Source: Octopus sinensis (lineage: Eukaryota). Taken from it: a stretch of DNA of 64,000 nucleotides. Under the pieces are notes generated by a model that was given only the letters and a program-made list of their open reading frames with translations, was not told where the DNA came from and did no database searches. Location: positions 16,616,001-16,680,000 of the forward strand of contig NC_043001.1 in assembly GCF_006345805.1 (NCBI RefSeq), given 5' to 3'. The translations under genes were made by a program, and so were the position numbers. Positions within the stretch are counted from its first letter, which is position 1; every line of letters begins with the position of its first letter. Of this stretch, positions 55,059 to 64,000 are shown piece after piece.

Positions 55059-56192
55059 TGCACATATGACAGTTTACGTGGCGATACGTGGGTTCCAGAT
55101 TTGATCCCACGGCGCGACACACTGGGGGCAAGTGTCTTATTGTACAATACCCCTGACCGAGCAATGCTTTATGAGTGTATTTAATAGAAGGAATCTATGC
55201 GGTAGCCAATCGCTTATATCTATGTCCTGCTTCCCTCCGCGTCTTACTACCAAGTACAATACAATTACACTTACACGTCATCCTCTCACTCTCATCTCCT
55301 GGCACTACACTCCCATATCTTAACACCTCCAAACACTGACGCATACCCCAAGAAACCTCACAAACACCACACCACCCCTTCTATCTCCATCTATATACAC
55401 GGATACATTCATACACATGGACACACCGCCTTTTCTGCATTGAACATCATTCCCATCGCGCCCCTAAACACTTTCTCCATTCTCACTTTTTTCTTTAATC
55501 ACCTTTTCTCATTTTTTTTTTCATTTTTTACATTTACGTCTTTCTTCTAATGAAAGTCTAACATCCGAAACGTCAAAACTGACTCCCTTCTTTTTAAACG
55601 TACAAGTAATACAAGCGATAATTGTTAAAGCTTGTCCTTCTCGCGTTTTACCTTTTGTGTTCGTTGCCTAATATATGTACATAGCCGAGTGTGTGCGGTT
55701 TTGTGTCTGTCCTCGTTTTTCACAAACGATGTTATTTAATTTTACTAAGTCCACTTGACTTAGTGGTTCGGCAAAAATCGTCCGGTAAAAAAAGGATCAA
55801 ACGTCAAAGTAAGTGCTGAATAAGATGTCATCTAAATCAGTTTTTTCAGCCATTATAAATTTACATACATATATACATACATACATACACACACATATAT
55901 ATACATATATATATATATATAATATATATATATTATATATATATATATATCCATTGCTATCATTGCTAATATGTCGTAAGCCCAAAATGTTGCTTTTTCA
56001 GAAACGAAAAATAGTTTCACATCATCGTTCTATAGTGCAAAACCGTTGTACTACACTTTGACAATTTTGATATCTTGGTATACGTTAGTTTGACCAAAAG
56101 AACCGGCTACTGCAAGCAAAATTAATATTGACAAAAAACGCAGTTGGCCAAATTTGGACATAGGACAGTTTAACATAATGAAACTATATATA

Positions 56193-56235
<43 letters not shown>

Positions 56236-56412
56236 TATATATATATATAATATATATAACATATATATATATATATATTATATAATATAATATATATTAT
56301 AATATATATACACATATATATAATATATATATAGGTACTGTAAATTTAGGGTGAATACTTGATAAGTGTAAGCACCTGTATATGCCAGATAGTGGCAGAG
56401 GTGAGAGAGAAT

Positions 56413-56490
56413 ATATCAAATAAATTTAAAAACAGAACACAAAGGTTACCGCGATATCCTTTGTGTTCTGTTTTTAATTTTATTTGATAT
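56413..56490. repeat. 33-bp-arm hairpin (12-nt loop) next to (TA)n
   Basis: ATATCAAATAAATTTAAAAACAGAACACAAAGG and its reverse complement, one mismatch. Confidence 0.9.
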
Positions 56491-57099
56491 ATATATATAT
56501 ATATATATATATACGACGGACATCTTTCCGTTTCTGTCTACGAAATCCACTTACAAAGCTTAAGTTGGTTCGAGGCTATAGTGGAAGACACTTGCCCAAG
56601 ATGTCGAGCAGAAGGAAAGTATTTTATATTGAGTCTCAAGGATCTTATGAACCCCGGTTGAGGGCCGTTGGTCTAAACGCTCCAAAGCGGTGCCTCGGCG
56701 TGTCCAGAATCCAATGTCTAAAACAAATAAAAGAATAATTTACTAACAAAATTGTGAAAAAAAACCCTCCAGATATGAATAACTTATGTCCAGTATAATT
56801 CGCATAAGTTTTAGTACAAGTACACGCTTACTCATTGATAGTATAGGATTAGTATTATAATATTAGTATATCTTTAAACGACAATGAGTCATGTATCGGT
56901 GAAGTGTGCTGTTGAGGATGCGGGGGAGGCGTATTTAGTGAGCCGATACGTAAACAATCCTGTATGAAGTGTACCTTTAAATTCGGTTTATGTGCAGGAC
57001 GTACTCTATGTGTGAGCGAGCGTGGGTGTATTAACATTCGTATATAAAGTCTGTGTGTGAGTGTAGATATGTATGTGTATGTGTGTGCGGATTTATATA

Positions 57100-57652
57100 G
57101 TATGCATACATACATACATACATACATACATACATACATACACACATACATACGTACATACATGCATACATACATACATACATACATACATACATACATA
57201 CATACATACATACGTACGTACATACATACATACATACATACATACATACATACGTACGTACGTACATACACACATACGTACATATGTATATATATATATA
57301 AAATCTATAATTATGAGTATAATTATAATTAGGGTTAACATACCGAACTACTTGGTAAAATTATTGATTATTAATTAATTAATTTTATCCTTTATTATTA
57401 TTGATTTTATATATACATACAGGCGCAATGGCCTAGTGGTTAGGGCAGCGGACTCGCGGTCGCAGGATCGCGGTTTCGATTCTCAGACCGGGCGTTGTGT
57501 GTGTTTATTGAGCGAAAAACACCTAAAAGCTCTACGAGGCTCCGGCAGGGGGTGGTGATCCCTGCTGTACTCTTTCACCACAATGGCGGTGCCCCAGCAT
57601 GGCCACAACTCAAGAGCTGAAACTGAAAAACAAACAAAAAAAAACAAACAAA

Positions 57653-57708
<56 letters not shown>

Positions 57709-57952
57709 TATATATACTTATAAGGTGTTTGTTATGGCCGGTCACAGACCGACCATTAGTTACATACCTATATATCTGTGTGTGTGTGTGTGTGTATGTA
57801 CGTATATATATATATATATATATATTATGTATATATGTATATAAATATGTGTATATTATGTATATATATATATAATATACACATATTTATATACACACAC
57901 ACATATATATATACGTACATACATACATACAAACACACAGATATATATATGG

Positions 57953-57992
<40 letters not shown>

Positions 57993-58045
57993 CTATCTAT
58001 CTATCTATATATATATATTATATCTGTGTGTGTGTATGTATGTAC

Positions 58046-58084
<39 letters not shown>

Positions 58085-58125
58085 TGTGTATATTATGTAT
58101 GTATGTATATATATATATATATATA
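57100..58125. repeat. (CATA)n and (TA)n microsatellite field containing a truncated family B SINE (57420-57582, +)
   Basis: Direct; tRNA-like head GGCGCAATGGCCTAGTGGTTAGGGCAGCGGACTCGCGG. Confidence 0.88.
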
Positions 58126-58160
58126 GGTAAGAAAGTTGGTGTGTGAAAGCACGTGGTTGA

Positions 58161-58463
58161 ATATATAGAAAATAGTAAAAAGTGAAAAAACTACAGAAGG
58201 CTTGTTTTAAAAGGTTAAAAATATATATTTGAGTCAATATGTCTGAAGGATGTTATAAATTTTTTTCATACAATGACATAGTTTAGAAGAAATGATCGGT
58301 TTCGCGTTCAGCTTTTCAAATTTCTTACATCGTTATGTTTACGTTGAGAAGAGTTATATCGTTATGTTTATAACATCCTTCAGACATATTGACTCAAATA
58401 TATATTTTTTAACCTTTTAAACAAGCCTTCTGTAGCTTTTTCACTTTTTACTATTTTCTATAT

Positions 58464-58466
<3 letters not shown>
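58161..58466. repeat. Foldback element: about 99-bp inverted arms (58161-58259 / 58367-58466)
   Basis: Reverse-complement arms with a few 1-nt differences; (TA)n nearby on the left and abutting on the right. Confidence 0.95.
58287..58326 (-). ncRNA. Minimal type I hammerhead motif with U3-A8 core
   Basis: Minus strand: AAGAAAT-TTGAAAA-GC tgaac GC-GAAAC CG ATC-ATTTCTT. Perfect 7-bp stem I; C-A mismatch at the second stem III pair. Confidence 0.62.
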
Positions 58467-58534
<68 letters not shown>

Positions 58535-59191
58535 TTCATATATGTGTGTGTGCTTGTGAGAAAGTGTGGGTTTACACGCTTGTAGGTATATAGGTATTCG
58601 GGTATGTATATCAATTCAAACGGTCAATGAAACAAACGCGTTTGCTTTTGTTTCTGCGTCTATTTGTCCGTGTCATTGTCTCTTTTTTCCTTTTTTATCA
58701 TTGTTTACTTTTTATAGACTTGATTACTACCGTGACTCATTAAGCACTTAATTATATTGTAATTACATTCTTATTATGCCGTCTAGTGTATATAAACACC
58801 TACTATATATTCCCATGAGCTTTTCCGAATTTTCCACACACTTCTATATATATATATTTGTATGTCTAACACACTCTCTCTTTCTCCCTCGCATTTTCCT
58901 CCTCCACTCTCTCACTCTCCTTAATTACCTTTCTCTCTATTTCTCTAAGTCTCTTTCGTTTCGTGGCTCCACATTGATCTTTTCTTACATTTTATTTCCT
59001 ATTCGGAAGTTCTGTATATACGTGTGTGCTTTCTCATTCACTATTTCAATCTCCCTCTCTCATTTTTTCTGTCTCTCTGTCTCTCTTTCTGTGTATTTAT
59101 GTGCGCATATATACGTTACTTACTTACTTACACACAAATAATAAAACAGACATATATATAACATAATATATATATATAATATACTATATAT

Positions 59192-59225
<34 letters not shown>

Positions 59226-59228
59226 ATA

Positions 59229-59630
59229 TATGAAAAACAAGTCAAAAATAGAAATGCTAAGATATTTTTATAGTGAATCTTTCAGTACCGGTTTCGGTCA
59301 TTTTGAGACCTTTCAACTGTAACGATTAAATAATTAATTTAGAAAAATTAGAAGAAAAGTTTTTTAAAAGAATATTTCTGTAGTAGTGTTCAGATATAAA
59401 AAGACCCTCGAACACACAAGTGCAAACAAGGGAGTCAGAGAAAGGCAGAATGCTACTTATATCTGAACACTACTACAGAAATATTCTTTTAAAAACTTTT
59501 CTTCTAATTTTTCTAAATTTAATTATTTAATCGTTACAGTTGAAAAGGTCTCAAAATGACCGAAACCGGTACTGAAAGATTCACTATAAAATTATCTTAG
59601 CATTTTCTATTTTTGACTTGTTTTTTCATA
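59229..59630. repeat. Foldback element: about 170-bp inverted arms (59229-59399 / 59457-59630)
   Basis: Near-perfect reverse complements with several 1-nt indels; (TA)n on both sides. Confidence 0.96.
59537..59574 (+). ncRNA. Minimal type I hammerhead motif with U3-A8 core (mirror copy on minus strand at 59283-59319 lacks one core A)
   Basis: CAG-TTGAAAA-GGTC tcaaaat GACC-GAAAC CG GTA-CTG; palindromic stem III ACCGGT, GUA triplet. Confidence 0.68.
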
Positions 59631-59690
59631 TATATCAACTCGGTGTGTGTTCCTTTCCACCCTTATCACACACCACACACAATATATATA

Positions 59691-59805
<115 letters not shown>

Positions 59806-59866
59806 ATATATATAATATAATATTTATATTTATAAATATATATTTTTATATATGTATTTATATATG

Positions 59867-59901
<35 letters not shown>

Positions 59902-60063
59902 AGTGAATTGAAGAAATGGAGTTGAACGAAGATTGAACAAATCCTTTTATTGCATTCTACACGTGTTAAACTTCTGATAATCTGCAACAGATTATTCATC
60001 TTTCTATATATATATATATAATATATATATATATATATTATATTACAATTATTTGGTAGCCAT

Positions 60064-60124
60064 GATAAAACTTCGAGTTTCGGATGTCGGGACGGAAACC
60101 CACACCGGCATCTCTTCAGTTATC
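60064..60124 (-). ncRNA. Type I hammerhead motif, canonical CUGAAGA/GAAA core
   Basis: Minus strand: GATAA-CTGAAGA-GATGCCGG...CCGACATCC-GAAAC TCGAA GTT-TTATC. 5-bp stem I, stem II with a 1-nt bulge, GUU triplet. Confidence 0.7.
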
Positions 60125-60196
60125 GGCCCATCGAAAAAGAATGGTATGAAAATGACCGTTAAAAAGGTCATTTTCGTAGCATTCTTTTGATGGCCC

Positions 60197-60257
60197 GATA
60201 ACTGAAGAGATGCCGGGGTGGATTTCCACCCCAACATCCGAAACTCGGAGTTTCATC
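60197..60257 (+). ncRNA. Type I hammerhead motif, canonical core (mirror copy)
   Basis: GATAA-CTGAAGA-GATGCC GGGGTGGA tt TCCACCCC AACATCC-GAAAC TCGGA GTT-TCATC; stem I has one mismatch. Confidence 0.62.
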
Positions 60258-60732
60258 ATGGCTACTGAATAAATGTCACGTATATTTACAGATATATCCC
60301 TCTATTTACATAATATCGATGCTTCTTTCATTCTTTTGTTGTCTTGCCATTTCTTTTTTACTTGTTTCATTCATTAGATTACGGCCCTTACATTTTTTAT
60401 CGAATGAATGGAACCCAGTACTTATTTCAGTTTCAGTCTACCAAATCCATTTACAAGGTTTTGGTCGACCCGAGGCTATAGTAGAAGACACTTGCCCGAG
60501 GTACACAGTGGGACTGAACCCGGAAGCATGTGGTTGGTAAACAAGCTACTTATCACACAAACAATATCCCAATATCTATATATATATATATTATATATAT
60601 ATACGAGAAAGACACCCCACATTACTGTATGGTTAACACCATATAGTTTTCTGGTGCATCTAAGTTAAGTACCGCATTCAAGTAAATTCATTGGAATTGA
60701 CTTGAATCTTAATTGCTTTTATATATATATAT

Positions 60733-60782
<50 letters not shown>

Positions 60783-61156
60783 ATATAATATATACATACC
60801 TATATATAATTATATATATATGTACATAAAGACACACACACACACATATATATATATACATGAAGACACACACTCACATATATATATATATATACAATCC
60901 CACAAAGCACACATATAATTTATTGTGTGCTTGTACGTATGTTTGTGCGAATGAAATTACGTGGGACTATTTGCCTAGATTCATTTAAAATAGATTATGA
61001 CTCAGTCTATACGACAGAAGACTGGCACCAGGTATATACTAGTCTATATAAAGGACAGCTTTTGAAGTAATTAATTACATCATAGACGGTTTCCAAGTTA
61101 CAGGTGAATATGCTAACCACTGTATCAAATAAAATATATGATCATATATCTATGTA

Positions 61157-61206
<50 letters not shown>

Positions 61207-61569
61207 ACACACCACACCACACACACAAACAAACAAACACACGTTAACACACACACATACCGTTGCATATATATATAAGTAAATATGGAGTTTAGGCGGA
61301 AGTTGGAATCCCAGGTCATGCGGTAGATTACCTGTTCGAACAGCTGGGCATAGCTTCTGTTTCGGAAGTTAAAATTTGACTTTCAGCTGTTTCTGCCCCA
61401 CCTCTCTTTCTCTGTCTCTCTGTATCTCTGTCTGTCTGTGTGTGTCTCTCCCCACCCCTCTCTCTCTCCCATATATATGGTCGTAGATCTCGAGCTGAGA
61501 CTAGTAAAGAAAGTAAAGAAATTATGTACGTACATACAACACACACAACACACACACACACACACCACA

Positions 61570-61609
<40 letters not shown>

Positions 61610-61859
61610 ATATATAGGTATGTGCATATATGTGTGTCCGGATATACATATTTACAGATATGATATATATATATGTATGTATCTATGTATATATATATAT
61701 ATTACATATATATATATACATATATATTATATATATATATATATAATATATATATATGTGTGCGTGTGTGTGTGTTTATTTCTTATTCTGTTATACGTTT
61801 CAGCCGTAACGCTATAGCTATGCTGGGGCTCCACCAGGGAAATCACCATTTAATTGGCC

Positions 61860-62520
61860 AATCTTATGTGATTGACTTTCGGTGAAGTCCGGAGATTGAG
61901 ACTCCTGCCTCTTTTGATTGTCCTGCCTTGATACCGCTCCAGCTGGGACCTTGGATGGCATGAGGTCAAGTTGTTTCTTAAAAACATGTACCCCTACGCC
62001 ACGTAGATCCCTTAAATGTTTTGGCAAGGTGTTAAATAGCTGTGGGCCGTTGAATCCAAGGCTATTGCAGTACATGGTTCTCACATTTGATGGGACAGAT
62101 GGGACCTGTGGAACACTGTTGTGACGTTCATTTCGAGGTCTGGTATAACTCCGGATTCCAAAGTTTGGTGCCAGCCCTTCCAGTATCTTTCACATATATC
62201 ACTGCATATCCCTTCCTTCTTCGTTCTAGGGTGTAAAGTCGTAGCTCTTTCAGTCTCTCCCAGTAGCTCAGCTGCTCCAGTGATGTAATCGTCCTTGTGT
62301 GTCATCGCTGAACTGCCTTAAGTTCCGCAATTAATCTGACATTGTAGGGTAGCCACAGTTGAAAGTAGTAGTCCAGGCGCCTGAGGACAAATGTCCTCCG
62401 TAGGACCAGCATAGTTTCCTTGTCCCTTGTTCTGAAGGTCCTCAGAATCCATCCGGCCATTCGCCTGTACACTGTCATCATCTTGGTGCTATGCATGTGA
62501 AAAGAGGCATCGTAGCTTAT
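61860..62520 (-). mobile_element. CR1/L2-clade LINE ORF2 C-terminal fragment (decayed)
   Basis: RRMAGWILRTFRTRDKETMLVLRRTFVLRRLDYYFQLWLPYNVRLIAELKAVQR and NSLGFNGPQLFNTLPKHLRDL...FKKQLD are hallmark CR1/L2 post-RT motifs; stops and frameshifts present. Confidence 0.9.
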
Positions 62521-62609
62521 ATCAATCTCAAGATCACGAACCGTTTATGATTCTGGTCCATATGTGTGCGTGTGTGAGTGTATATACGTGTGTATGCATA
62601 TGTGTGTGG

Positions 62610-62648
<39 letters not shown>

Positions 62649-62681
62649 TGTGTGTGTAAGGATATATATGATATAATACAG

Positions 62682-62852
62682 GGCGGCGAGCTGCCAGAAA
62701 CGTTAGCACGCCGGGCCAAATGCGTAGCCGTATTTCGGGGTCGATTAAATAAGTACCAGTTACGCACTGGGATCGATATAATCGACTTAATCCATTTGTC
62801 TGTCCATCTTTGTCCCCTCTGTGTTTCGCCCCTTGTGGGTAGTAAAGAAATA
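62682..62852 (+). mobile_element. SINE family A with internal deletion
   Basis: Head and tail present, middle missing. Confidence 0.85.
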
Positions 62853-62871
62853 GATATATAATATATATATA

Positions 62872-63281
62872 GGAGTGGCTGTGTGGTAAGTAGCTTGCTA
62901 ACCAGCCACATGGTTCCGGGTTCAGTCCCACTGCGTGGCATCTTGGGCAAGTGTCTTCTGCTATAGCCCCGGGCCGACCAATGCCTTGTGAGTGGATTTG
63001 GTAGACGGAAACTGAAAGAAGCCTGTCGTATATATGTATAAATATATATGTGTGTGTGTGTGGGGGGGTTGTGTGTCTGTGTTTGTCCCCCTAGCATTGC
63101 TTGACAACCGACGCTGGTGTGTTTACGTCCCCGTCACTTAGCGGTTCGGCAAAAGAGACCGATAGAATAAGTACTGGGCTTAGAAAGAATAAGTCCCGGG
63201 GTCGATTTGCTCGACTAAAGGCGGTGCTCCAGCATGGCCGCAGTGAAATGATTGAAACAAGTAAAAAGAGAGTAAAAGAGT
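62872..63281 (+). mobile_element. SINE family D/E complete copy
   Basis: tRNA-like head, CORE-like block, (TA)n(TG)n, 3' module, (AAAAGAGT)n tail. Confidence 0.9.
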
Positions 63282-64000
63282 AATATATTCTTGTATATAT
63301 TATATATGCTTATATACGCGTATATGTAGTTGTATGTATATACACAGACACCCCCGTACACATTTATGTCTAAATAAAGGTAGTTTTATAACGAAACTTT
63401 AAAATATATGATATACAATAATAAAATATTCAATAAAACTATGGCAAAATCTTTTGTTATATAATGCATTCTATAAATTATCATAAATAATGAAAAACAT
63501 TCAAATCTCAGCAGTAATAAATTTATTTTTCTTCATATCCATTTTTTATTTCATAAAGCTTAACTTGTCTTTTACATATTCAGCTTAATATAAAATTTTC
63601 ACAAGCAGTCTTTGTGAAATTTCTGTATCGAGATTTCTTTCCATGTTTCAATGCAGCTTTTGTATTTATTTTGAAAATCGAAGTTTTATTATCTTCAGTT
63701 GAAACTTGTTCATTTGAATAGCTTTTTTTTCTGAGGTTTTATGCTTGCTTCACTTTGTATATGCATTACGGATACTTCTCAAGAAATACTTCTCAAGAAA
63801 TACATGGTTTTACTTCGTAAGTATTCTTTGTTATTGAAGAATTGTCACAATTTTGATAATACAAGGGAACCATCGTTACCTATTTATTCACATATCTACA
63901 AAACAATAACATAATAAAATCTAGCGGCACTTATAGGGATGATGGCTAAATTTATAGATCTTTGTAACAGTTTCATTATAATGCGATAAGGGACTGCTTT

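Larger units (their letters stand above)
60056..60265. repeat. 210-bp imperfect palindrome (8-nt loop at 60158-60165)
   Basis: GTAGCCATGATAAAAC...ATGACC / GGTCAT...GTTTCATCATGGCTAC; arms partly diverged; (TA)n on the left. Confidence 0.95.

Noticed and set aside
57421-57495. tRNA-Arg-like gene
   Set aside because: Continues into SINE body sequence in six or more copies and lacks a proper acceptor stem; it is a SINE head.

Overview
AT-rich, repeat-dominated eukaryotic DNA with no protein-coding gene I can identify. The tRNA-derived SINEs and dense (TA)n/(CA)n/(TAGA)n microsatellites point to an octopus or similar coleoid genome; that assignment is an inference and was not database-checked. 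Contents: dozens of tRNA-headed SINEs in at least four head/tail combinations, many with visible target-site duplications (TSDs) and several in head-to-tail arrays; 3'-end fragments of L1/Tx1-like, RTE-like and CR1/L2-like LINEs; three non-autonomous Helitron-like elements; a 30-bp and a 92-bp minisatellite; a few weak candidate exons. Nearly all long ORFs in the supplied track are microsatellite or SINE artefacts. The most striking unexplained structure is a set of sequence-unrelated 0.2-0.4 kb foldback (inverted-repeat) elements sitting in or beside (TA)n tracts. Four of them carry minimal type I hammerhead-ribozyme motifs of the Penelope-like-element kind. One has the canonical CUGAAGA core on both strands of a single palindrome (60056-60265); the other three carry a UUGAAA(A) core, i.e. 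the compensatory U3-A8 swap. A second candidate system is a SINE family whose 3' tail matches the 3' end of a Tx1/L1-like LINE in the same window, and whose TSDs and tandem junctions repeatedly begin with GGTAT, a motif inside the SINE itself, suggesting self-targeted retrotransposition. All ribozyme and mechanism calls are read by eye and untested.
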